DNA of 63,721 bases, filler included. It is 13 parts of 13 records of this genome, joined end to end, with 100 filler letters (N's around TTAATTAATTAA, not from the genome) between each part and the next. Parts side by side here need not be neighbours in the genome. Positions count along the whole stretch, not along the records: positions 44,739 to 49,808 come from SRR15195285_6595; positions 49,909 to 55,758 come from SRR15195285_6598; positions 55,859 to 60,506 come from SRR15195285_6605; 10 more parts are not named here. One strand, 5' to 3'. A program made the position numbers and the translations under genes. The notes beneath the pieces are model-generated. The model was not told the DNA's origin. It was given only the letters and a program-made list of their open reading frames with translations, and did no database searches. Of the stretch, positions 49,454 to 60,606 are shown piece by piece (the first letter of the stretch is position 1; every line of letters starts with the position of its first letter).

Positions 49454-49808
49454 GGCTCCACTAGCACCCTGGGGGGAAGGGGGGAGAAGGCCCACCCGCC
49501 CCGCTGGCAGCACTTGCGCGAGAAGCGCAGGAGCCTCTATCTTGACCAGTCTTCTCTCGCGTGGCCGCGACACGCCGTTCAAGCTAGCGTTGCTGGTGGT
49601 GGTGCCGTGTTTTGGATAGTAGACGCTCCCGATGGTCACCAGTACTGACAGTTTTCAGCTGTATGCACTGCACGCGGCGTCCTCTACATATAGTGTCTCT
49701 AGCTAGAGAGCGCTACCTCGCGCGCGCTGCACAATGGGTATATCCGAATCGCGCGCGCGCGTCCACGCGATCACATGAGGCGAGTGACTGCGTGCTCGAC
49801 CCTCGAAT

Positions 49809-49908
49809 NNNNNNNNNNNNNNNNNNNNNNNNNNNNNNNNNNNNNNNNNNNNTTAATTAATTAANNNNNNNNNNNNNNNNNNNNNNNNNNNNNNNNNNNN
49901 NNNNNNNN
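49809..49908. other. Artificial contig spacer
   Basis: N44-TTAATTAATTAA-N44. Confidence 0.98.
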
Positions 49909-49938
49909 AGAGAGAGAGAGAGAGAGAGTGAGAGAGAG
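49909..49938. repeat. (AG)n microsatellite at contig start
   Basis: Direct reading. Confidence 0.9.
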
Positions 49939-49972
49939 CTAGGACAGTAGGATCCACGCGCGATACATATCC

Positions 49973-52900
49973 ATGGAGTATCCTGTGAGCGCACGCGTAC
50001 ACGCCAGTGGGGTGGCGATGCCGCACCTCGCTGCAACTAGATTCACGTTGGTGCTCTGCTGGCAGTGGAGCTATTCCTGCGCTATAGCTACTGCACTGCA
50101 CCGCACGCCTGCTGCTGCACCAGGTAGTGCCAGCTATAGGATGCTGCAGCCTGCGGCTCAGTCGACTGAATGGGCGAGTGATCACACGCTGGGCGGCGGC
50201 GGCGGCGGCGGTGGTGATGGTAGTGGTGGTGGTGATGCTGGTGCCCCACCGAACACGGAGGTAGCGATGCCACCAAGCACCGTGTGGAGTTCGCCGACCC
50301 AAGAGCCTGGCACGAGCGAGTTCTATGGGCACGCGACGGCGCAGGGGGCGATGCCCATTGGCAACGGCGACACGACGGCGCTGGTCTGGCCTGACTTTGA
50401 AGCCGGTGCCGTGCACATTCAGGTGGCGAAGCAGGACGCGATGGGCAACGACATGGCACTGATGAAGATCGGCAGTGTCAGCCTCATCGCTGGGCTGCCG
50501 CTGCGCCCAGAATACTTCAAGCAGACACTCCACCTCGCCAACGCAACAGTGAAAATCGAAGCTGGGGACACAGAAGCCGAAGCTACTACAGTGACGGTGT
50601 GGGTTGACGCGAGCTCCAACTGCGTGCGGGCTAGAGTCAAGCGCCGTGGCACGATCGGGATGTCGAGGGGCGACGCGGGGCACGGCACAGCTGCTGCTGC
50701 TTCGCCGATGGTAGTCGAGCTATCCAGCGTGCGTGAAATGAAGACTGGAACTGCTGCCTGGGACACCGGCGGTGGGCTAAACAACTGCACCTACTGCACA
50801 GGCACGACCTACTGGCAACCGCCCGACACCTTCGACGACCCTCCCGATGCACCACCGACGACGCCACTGCTCTTGTCGCACAGCAATCCTCGGAACTTCA
50901 GCATCGTGGAGGCGGTCTTGACACAGCAGGGCTTAGGCGACCTGCTGCGCCAGCCCAGAATTCGCGCGCTGGAGCAGTGGACTGGGCGTACATTTGGTCT
51001 TGCTGTAAGCGGTGATGGATTGGACCGCCTCAGCGCGCGCTTCCTTGTTTCTTCGTCGGATGCCAGCGAGCACGAGGTGACAGTCACGACGCTCAGTGCA
51101 CTCCATCTGCCATCCCAAAATGGCGCGTGGCGCAACGAGGTGTTGCAAGCACATCGGCGTGACCGGGGTGTTGCTTATGCTAGCGCATGGACAGCACACG
51201 AATCGTGGTGGCGGAGCTTCTGGGACCGAAGCAGTGTTCAAATCACGCCTGGGATCAACAACACAAGCCAGACGGCTGTGGATGAGGCGACCATGCTGAC
51301 AAGGCAATACGCCAACGCACGATACTTGCAGATTATTCAGTCCCGCGGACAATGGCCGATAAAGTTCAACGGGCAGCTCTTCGTCAACCACTTGCCCCCC
51401 TTTGCAGACTTTCGGGAGTGGGGCAGCGACGAGTGGTGGCAGAATACACGACTACCATACGGAAATATGCTCTCTGCCGGCGACATCGACGGGTTTGACG
51501 TGATACTTGAATTCTATCTTCGAATGCTACCATTTTCTGTTGCACGTACGCAGTCATACTTTGACCACCCTGGTGCGTTCTGGACTGAGACAAAGACCCT
51601 GTTTGGGGCATATTCGCCGCGTGGCTGGGGCTGTCCAAATCCGGGCGAGCCGGGGTATCAGAGTAACTACAGCCAGATCAATTTCAGCAATTTTCACTGC
51701 TACCGGCCAGCTCATTACCCTCAGGGCTACGAGATGTCCAACAGCACCCATCTTGACTTTCACGGGGGTGGGCAGGTTGCAATGATGGTACTCGACCATT
51801 ATCTGTACACGGGGAACTCCACTGCACTCCAGAGGTACCTACCAATCGCGAGTGCTGCCGTGGAGTTCTTCTACTGGCATTATCCGCAGCGCACCAGTAC
51901 ACCCGATGGTGGGATGTTTCAGGTATTTCCTGCACAGGCACTCGAGGCCTACTGGTGTCCTCTTCCAGTCCGATCCGGGGAATGCTCAACAGACGATGCA
52001 CCTACACTGGCTGCGCTGCACGCTGTGCTTCCACGGCTACTCGAGCTGCCCGATACACTCACGAGTGCAGAGCAGCGAACGCTGTGGACAACGTTTCTCG
52101 ATATCCTGCCACCACTACCAACCAAGATATGCTCTCTGCGCACCAACACCACTGGCGATAATCAAGTAGCTTGTGACGAAGCTAACGCTGGCAAGATGGT
52201 GCTCTCGCCTTGTCGTGTTTGCTCCAACATCACCAACCTGCAGGAAACACCCGAGCTTTACTCTGTACATCCGTTTCAGGTCATTACTGCTGGGCGTGCC
52301 CACGCTGCTGCTCGCGCATCACGCGGTGCTGGCCGAGTCGAAGCAGTCACAACGTCAAGGGTAACACCGTCACCCAAAGAGACGGAGCTACAGCTGGTGA
52401 TGGCAGTGCGCAGCTATAAGGCGGCACCCCTGGCCCACTACGACGCTGACAATCCGTGGATCAGCAACATTGGCTGGCAGCAAGTGCGTATCGATAGACA
52501 CATCTCTAATACCTCTACCTCTAGAAACATACACACATGTAGATGTTGTCCAGGTAGAGGAAGTAACTTGAGCTGAACCTGGGGCGTGGTGGATATCTGG
52601 ACGCATCGTTCAACCCGATGGCCATGAGAAAATGTCGATCTGCAATACTCAATGAATATCAATCTCACCATCAGCTGACCTCGGTCGGTGTTCAGGGACT
52701 GATGAACGCTGCACTTCTCGGCCAGAGTGAAGATGCGTTTAGAATGGCACTGCAGCGGGCGTTCCTCCCGCCGGCAGCTGGAGCACGGTGGATTGGCTTT
52801 GCACAGCACCTGCAGGTTCGAACATCGTCTCAACTGAATCTTGTTCTGTCTCATGTCTGATTGCTGAAACGAACTCTGTTCATTGCATTCGACGAAAAAG

Positions 52901-53272
52901 CAACTGTGGCGCTCAACCTGCATGTCTGGCTCAGTTAGTTTCGTCTGAGAGACACTAACGAGATTGCACATTCTGTCTCGTCTCTCTTAGGACTCGGAGC
53001 CGTCGGCTGACCACTTCGCCAATTTGAATTCTGCAGTGCAATTTATGCTACTGCAACCCGCCCACGACGGCCTGCAAAATGCTTCGATTGTGCTGCTGCC
53101 AGCATGGCCTTGTGACTGGAGCGTCAGGTTCAAACTTCACGCCCCGCGGAGCACAGTAGTCGAGGTGGATTACGATGGGAACCACAAGCAGGCACGGTTG
53201 GAGGTGAGACCGCCAGAGCGGAGAGGAGCGGTGAGCTTCGCGAGATGTGTCGCGGCTGACTCGCTACATTAG
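49973..53272 (+). CDS. GH95-like (DUF5703-type) (alpha/alpha)6 glycoside hydrolase, 3 exons
   Basis: AMPIGNGD, HESWWRSFWDRS, PIKFNG, WWQNTRLPY, PAQALE, ETPELYSVHPF, GWQQ, MLLQ, LLPAWP, FKLHAP. Confidence 0.8.
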
Positions 53273-53300
53273 CTAAGATCATCATTTCGGATCTCAACGT

Positions 53301-55758
53301 TTATTGGACGTCACCGTACTCACCGAAGACAGGTGAAGGCAGCACAGCGGTCGTCTTCGGTTTGTAGCAGGTACGGTTCTCTGTCACGTAGAAGACCACG
53401 CTGTATCGTGCCCCAGCCGCACCACGGTCATCACCGTCGGCACCAACATCGTAACCTGCAACCCAATGTGGAAAGCGGCCATCAATGCATGCCAATCGGT
53501 TCTGGGTCCGCACCAAGGCCACACCACGCCCGTCGTTCTCTTCCACGCAAAGCTCTCCACCCCCTCGGAACTCGCCAACGGAGAGGGCATATTGGAAGCT
53601 GGTGTCAAAGCGATCTGTCACACATATAGTTTAGAGATCCGAAACGCAATTTCTCGAAACCTGAAGGGCATAAATATTCAGATCATATCATCGAGGCTTA
53701 CCAATATGTGGACTCCCAGAGAAGTTCTTCGTTACTGCCATATGGAACGGCTGCCGCGCATAGACAGGGTCTGCTGCCGCGAGTACAGCATGTGCAGCAT
53801 GCCACAACGCGCCATGGACGGTTTGCTGCTTGGCAATCTTTTTCTGTGCTGTGGTCAACTTTCGCTTGGGCAGCAGTTTGCTGCGTCTGTTGCTCTGCTC
53901 ATCTAATGTGTTGTGCTCGTTGCGCCGGTGTGGCACCTCCGGTGCTCCTGCACCCACATGAGGCCTTGCAGTATCGAAGCAGGCAGATGTAAACGAACAC
54001 GAACACGGTGGTGCTAGCACGAAGTAACCACCCGCCTGAAGTCCAGCACGCTGGCGCCTGCCTGGAAACTTTGTCCTTTCAAGGGCCTCCCTGCGTTCAT
54101 GACACAGTGATCAGCAACAACACGCCCGTCGAACGAGGTTGAATCAAATCAACATGACTGCATGGTACAGCTGACACCGACGCACCGAAGGGGCCTGAGC
54201 AACGCAGCTGGCACTAACGTGCCGTCTATACGCCGTGCCAACCGCCAGCCAACTCGCTCTGTGCCACTACCGTTCGAGCCACATGCATTTGTGGTGCCAT
54301 TATCCTTGATAGCACCAACACTGGCGCCATTACCAGCAGCTGCAGCATACTCAGCACATAGCCGAGCGAGTACGTCCGGCCGTGCACTTGTCAACGGATC
54401 CAAACAAACGCCAAACAGCGAGGAAAGACGATCTCTGCCCATCGATAGAACGCACAGACACGCACACCACGTGGAACAATACAACACGTCCACCATAGTT
54501 AGTAGACGAATTGATCACTGGAAGCATTTTCCAATGCGATCATGAACGAACTTGCCATCAACTCGATTCCGTAGCTTTCCTATGCCTGCTTAGTACTCAC
54601 CTCAAAACGCTAGTTCCGTAAGGCGCGAGCTGGCATTCGAGCGAGGGCTGTGCTCCTGGTGCCAAGCGTGGCGGCGCTACAGGTGGACCACTGCGGTGCA
54701 ACGACACACTGCTATTGCCAGCTGCATCAGTTCCATCGACGGACGGAGGTGTATACCAAAGTCGTCTTGTCGAGGGCGCCCATTCTGCGGCAATTCCCAC
54801 TCTAGTGTCTTCATTGCTAGTTGTCTCGCGATCTTCCCAGTGCGCGATTGCCGTGGCGTCTTCTGTCACAGTGGCCAGTGAAAAAAGCGTAAGATTGTCA
54901 CGTACGTCAAACTCATGGAGATGTGGAAACAGCGACGACGCCGGTGGCAGAGCGAATGGAAGCGACCCTTGACCGAGGCGGTTGAACCGTAGGAAAAGGC
55001 GCTCCAACTTCCGCAGACGCATTGCGCGGCTGTCAATGCTGCTAAGGTTGTTGTCTGTAAGCACAAGCACACGCAGCTCTACACAGTGCCAGAGGGCGCT
55101 GGTGGCACCCAGAATAGCGAGGCGATTGCCCACTAGATCCAGCCTCCGCAGTCGAGGCAGTTCCTGTAAGGGGAGCTTGCATCCCACCGCCGTGTCTCCT
55201 CCACAGCCGCTACCGGCCTCTTCGCCGAACGTTTCCAGGGCGCAGTAGTTGAGGTTGAGTTCCTCCAGCCCGCGAAGCTTCCACAGCTCCGCTGGCAGCC
55301 CTGGTAGATTGTTCTTGTAGGCACAGCCACAAAGGCTGAGCTTGCGCAGCATTTCCGGCTGCGGCAGTGCCAGCGCCCCCGCACCAAGCCCATCAGCACC
55401 ACCCATCCCAAGCTCATTGGCGTCCAGCACCAACGATTCGAGCGCCGCAAGCCCCTGCAGCGCACCGCCTATGGTGCGGAGCAGGTTCTTACTGAGGTCC
55501 AGGTGTCGCAGCTCGCTCAGCTCGGCCAGTGCGCCGCCAAGTAAGCGCAGTCGATTGTCCGCCAGGACGAGCCGCTGCAACGTGTGTGGCAGGTGATGAG
55601 GCAGCTCCGTCAGCCCGCATCCCGGCAGCTGCAGCTCTTGTAGCACTGCAGCGTGGGGCAGCATACCCAAACACCCTTTGCCCTGCGCGCTGGTCCAGCA
55701 TCGAGCGGACTCGACCTCCTCTTGTTGCTGCTGGTGCTGGTGCTGGTGGTGCTGGTGG
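53301..55758 (-). CDS. Leucine-rich-repeat protein fused to a C-terminal 2OG-Fe(II) oxygenase-like domain; multi-exon, 5' partial
   Basis: LxxLxLxxN repeats at 54880-55660; spliced AVTKNFSGSPH-I-D-RFD (HxD), GEFRGGGELCVE, DGRFPHWV, RYSVVFY. Confidence 0.7.
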
Positions 55759-55858
55759 NNNNNNNNNNNNNNNNNNNNNNNNNNNNNNNNNNNNNNNNNN
55801 NNTTAATTAATTAANNNNNNNNNNNNNNNNNNNNNNNNNNNNNNNNNNNNNNNNNNNN
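55759..55858. other. Artificial contig spacer
   Basis: N44-TTAATTAATTAA-N44. Confidence 0.98.
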
Positions 55859-56114
55859 CGATGAGACTGCACAGTGCCCAGGTCCGTGAGATTGTATTCA
55901 TACTATTGATATAGTAGATTCCCACTGAGCCACTGAGACGCGGCGCCGCTCGGCGCGCGCCGCCGGCGCCGCCGGCGCTCGCGCGCGCTCGGAACGTGGC
56001 AGCGGCGTCAGCGCGACCCGCGCATGCGCACGGCACCCGTACCGCGCGAGCGTATACGCACACTGACAGCTCACAGCCTGGACCACATACTGACACACAC
56101 GCGCACAGTATCGT

Positions 56115-57838
56115 ATGGCGGCTGTGTACCGGTTTGCAGTGGGTGCGCGTGTGCAGTGCAATGTGGGCAAGTGGGAGCCGGGGAGCGTCGTTGCGCTGGA
56201 TTACCGAGAGGAAGAATGGCCCGAAGGCGAAACAGCGCCGTACCAGGTGCGCACGCGCGCTGTATAAGATTGATGTCGTGGCGCTATGCAGTGGCTTCCG
56301 GCATGATTCTGCGCTGATTGGCCTGCTCTGCTCTGCTATATGCATATGTATAGGTGAAGCTAGACAGCGGCTCTCTGATCTACGCGCCGGAGGACAACGA
56401 CCGGTACGTCATGTCTCTGTCGTCCGAAGACGCGGCCGACGTAGATATGCTACTGGCACGCGAACGCGCAGGCTGGGTCCAGGAGGAAGACATGCCGACA
56501 GACACTAGTTTCGAACCCAGCATGAGCTGGGAGGATATTAAGAACTGGGACAAGCCGCCCACTTATCCACCGCCGCGGCCAGCGCATTGGCTGCCCGTCG
56601 ACGAGGACGAGGAACCATACCGCAAACGAGATTGGGCACGGGAGGCAGCCGACTGGCGCGCTGGCGAGAAGGGCAGTGGGCACGGCGGTCGATACGAGAT
56701 CGGTGGTCAGACGATGGTCAACGCGCATCATCCAGACGGCACACGAGGGTTTGTGACCGCGCATGAGTTCGCGCGACTCGAAGAGCTGCGCGCGACCTCA
56801 CCGGCGTACGATGCCGAGGTCCGTGCCCGCGTGCACTGGGATGGACCGCGAGAGGAGTGCGGCTGTTATATCTGTGTGCTGGAAGCAGACAGTGAAGAAG
56901 AGGAAGATAAAAGCGTACTTGAGGTCGGAGCGAGCGTGCAAGTCCACTCACTTTCGAGCTCTATGTCGAAGCACCTCAATGGGATGGTCGGCGAGATCGT
57001 CGGGTACGTGGAGACCTCTGGACGGTGGAGAGTCAAACTGCCAGACGGAGTCAAGAAAAATATCAAACCAGCGAATCTCACTCGCTGTGCCATCCATCCC
57101 ACGGCAGAATTGGCATCAGGAGGTGCAAAAGTAGCAGGAGGACGTGGTGGCGGTGGGAAGGCGAAGAAGGCTAACAGAATTGCAGGTCGGGGTCACCATG
57201 ACCAGCGCCAGCACGTGGAGCAGGGACAGACCAAGCTGGTGCCGCCGCCCAATATTTCGTTCCAAGAAATGCTAGCCAAACCGGGTGCAATTGAAATGCT
57301 CAAAAGTCATATCGGGATCTCTCCTGATCAAGAAATTCCGCTCCAAATTTTGCAGCAAATGGAGAGTGACTACAACGAGCAGCAGCGCCGCGCATCTAAT
57401 GGAAATGGTGGCAGTGCGAGTGCTATGGATCCAAACGAGATTTCTAGCGAGAGCGATGATGAGTCTGACCTGCCCAGCAGGCTATCGCGTGGGTGGCAGC
57501 CTGTGGAAGTTGTTGAGATGGACCTGAAGGCATGGATGATCCAGCGAGGGCTCGATTGCTTCTTCTCTTTCGGTTTTGGCAACACGTACGGCAGCCTGCG
57601 GAAGGCTGGGCTCTCTGATGCCGAGATAGTCTGCTCAGTACCAGAATGCAGTGGCAAGCGCGCACTCAGCGAGCGAAATTACGACTGGTGTAGCAAGGCA
57701 AACGGTAGGCGGACCGCACTTCGTTACATGTCGCTCACACCGGAGAAATCGAGGGAGGCTGCCCTGGCAGCTGGCGCGAAGGGCTGGTGCGCATCGAGCC
57801 TCATATTGCTATCAAGCTGTCTAGAATCATTACTATAG
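56115..57838 (+). CDS. Hypothetical protein with two small SH3-like beta-barrel modules; exon 1 (56115-56246) is absent from the ORF track
   Basis: Exon 1 [44 protein letters not shown] spliced (56247-56353) to [14 protein letters not shown]; second module [10 protein letters not shown]...LNGMVGEIV...GRWRVKL...IKPANL; 3' end uncertain. Confidence 0.7.
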
Positions 57839-58814
57839 ATGTCTCGAAGGGAGTACCGGTGCCACTGCGCATGACCTGACTTACTGTGCACGGATGACAA
57901 CGGTCGCAGGCGTTCAAGCCCACGTGGAAGTTTTGTGAGCCTGGTTTGCGAAGGTTGTTTTGCACAGATGATGTCCGATGCGAACGTCCCAGACTTGAAG
58001 GGTGGACCCGACTGTAGGGTAGGGGACGACACGCACTCGCTCCGATGCATCCCTGGAGTGACGGTGAGTAGTATCGAAGAGTCTGGCAAGGATTGATGCT
58101 CGGTCCAATGAGATCATGATTGCACCGATCCTTCAGTGATGATCTACGGTCGTATTGATGATCGCTCGGACGTAGATTATCATCAGAGAATTCTGACCGT
58201 TCACTGAGCGCTGTAACCTGATGCCTGGTCCTCATTTGTGCTGGTTGTTGTTGACCGTTTGTGACGGGTCAGGGATCTGTTAAGTGTACAGCTGGGAAAT
58301 ACATCGACGACCACTGCCTACGGGCGAACGAGGCACGGTACGGATCGGTAGTATTAGCTGGCTATTTTGTAGACTTGTGACCGAGTTGCACACGGCTGCG
58401 CTGTTCTTTTCGCGTGCTGACTGTTGTCTGGTGCACTGCAATGCATGTATTCGAATACGAGCAGTGCTATGCTCCACCAAGCAGTTCGCGCAGGGCTTGC
58501 GCAACATGCCGACAATGACCTCAACGCAGTCGAGGAGGCGAATGCAAGCCGCGCGAACGACGACGCGACGCAGGCTTTCACTCAGTCGCAGCGCGAAGGC
58601 ATGCAACGTGCGGAGAAGCTCGAGCGCAAGGACATCTAGTGCGACCTGAGAGTAGATTCTGAAGAGGAAATGCAATGCATTAATAGACATGTTCACACAG
58701 CTGTCTTAAGTCTCAAAACGCGGAGAGCCACGCAACTAGTCCCCCTTCTTCTTCCCCACACGGATGCAAGCGATGTACAGGTTTGGCGCCTTCGATGCCA
58801 CGAGATGCTTCGTG

Positions 58815-58856
58815 TTGACAACGGGCATAAGGCCTTACTAGTATGCCCGTTGTCAA
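58815..58856. repeat. Hairpin element with 15-bp perfect arms, related to 13762-13787
   Basis: ttgacaacgggcata-aggccttactag-tatgcccgttgtcaa. Confidence 0.85.
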
Positions 58857-59096
58857 AAATGAGTGGGGGCGGGTTGGATTCCGCCACATGGGCCAGTGTT
58901 ATCACACTAGTCTACACTTCCGCTCATTCCCGAGCGCGGGAATAGATTTGAGACTGTGGACCGGGACGGTCGCAATGATGAATAGATCTGGATGGTTATT
59001 ACTTCATTCAGTCAGTGCTCATGATTTAGCGTCTATGTACCATGCGTGGGCAACCAACTACACCGGGGCTGACTGGCGAGTCTGGTCACCATAGCA

Positions 59097-60136
59097 TTAT
59101 GGTTGCGTGGGGGGGTTGACCATGAATTGCTGTCCAGGACCGACTCCCTGTGGCACAGCCACGGACATTTTCTGCCCGTTGATGTTAACCTCGATCATTG
59201 ATCCAGCCATGCAGCCCTGTGGGCACACAACGGTGACCGGCTGTGGTTGCGGAATTGCTGTGGCAACGGCGGCCACTGGCTGGGCCGCAACAACCATCGC
59301 CGGCTGGGCCGGAGCGCCTGTTTGGATGATGATGTTTGGTGCTGCGGATTGCGTTGGAGCTGGCGTGTAGCAGCAAGCCCCCATGCAGGCACAGATCAGG
59401 CAGATGAGGATTAGAATGAACCGAGCGACACTAGCCACGGCCAACAATCCGACATGGGAGCAGAAGTCTGACTGGTGCTGTGTGCCCCACACGCAGCTGC
59501 GAACGATTTGGTGCAACAACAACACCATTCTGGTTACGGGCCGCCAGTATGGATGCCCAGCGTGGTGGGGTGGGCAAATGCCGACCGGGGTTGCGCGTGG
59601 AAGCGAGGAGACGCACCCATTTGCTTCGCAAGTAGTCCTGGTATCCCAAGTAGAGGACATCACACAGCTGTCAAGCATGTTGCCATTGTCGTCGTACGAG
59701 TTGCACTGGTTGTCGTACTGGTCGATCGTGGCGCACGCACTAGAGAAAACGACAGTGATGAAGCCTGCATGTGCGATGTGCACCAGCCCACCGATCCGAT
59801 TGGGATCAGCTGAGTCATCGAGCTCTACAGCCTACGGCTGTAGTAGATCGTGGGCAGGGCGGGGCTTTACCGATGAATCCAACGACGATGATCTGGAGCG
59901 TTCCGAGTACGAGGGCGACGATGGTGAACGGCTTTCCGTCCTCGGGCTGGGCGCAGACAAGCCACCACATGCGTGCTGCGGGATAAGTGGTGCCGACGGA
60001 GCTCACCAACCAGCGCAAAAAGGCTGAGGCGCATTGTACTCACGCCTTTCCAACCGCCCAGAACGAAGCATCCGGCGGTAACCACCCCAAAGGCCGGGTA
60101 CCACATGCCCCAACCCTCATCGGCATCGACACCCAT
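59097..60136 (-). CDS. Small multipass membrane protein with Cys-rich loop and Pro/Gln-rich tail; multi-exon
   Basis: Hydrophobic exons; C-terminal VVCPQGCMAGSMIEV...VAVPQGVGPGQQFMV internal repeat. Confidence 0.65.
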
Positions 60137-60506
60137 GAAGTCGATCGCGGCGGGTATCTGCAGGCACGAAGGAAGAACTGAGCGCTTGCCAGTGGTACAA
60201 AAACATTTTGCGCTCTGCATCCATCTCATACCCTCCGAGAATTCTCTTGGCAAGTGACGGGACGTGCGAGATCAACTAGCGCCTGCGGACGGACGCGATA
60301 GGTTCGTACCAAGGAGAGGCCCCCACAGATTGCCATGGTCGTCGACGGCGAGTGGTTGTGGTCGAACATGTCGAGCCAGCTCGTTGCTGGTCGTAGATGG
60401 TCGGGCGCACCAGGCGCGCGCGGCGTGCGCGCCGCCGCACAGACCCGCTCGATGGCCGGCGATGCGTCCGTCCGGTGGTGAACGCATGAGTGCCCAGATT
60501 GAAACG

Positions 60507-60606
60507 NNNNNNNNNNNNNNNNNNNNNNNNNNNNNNNNNNNNNNNNNNNNTTAATTAATTAANNNNNNNNNNNNNNNNNNNNNNNNNNNNNNNNNNNNNN
60601 NNNNNN
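60507..60606. other. Artificial contig spacer
   Basis: N44-TTAATTAATTAA-N44. Confidence 0.98.

Noticed and set aside
55726-55758. (TGCTGG)n tract at a contig end as a telomere
   Set aside because: Imperfect and in frame as a His/Gln-rich coding stretch of the LRR gene
58424-58639. Short helical ORF (HQAVRAGL...KLERKDI)
   Set aside because: May be an orphan terminal exon, but it cannot be connected confidently to a gene
5714-60606. Twelve regularly recurring TTAATTAATTAA motifs as a biological repeat or CRISPR-like array
   Set aside because: Always centred in exactly 100 bp with 44 Ns on each side: an artificial six-frame-stop linker
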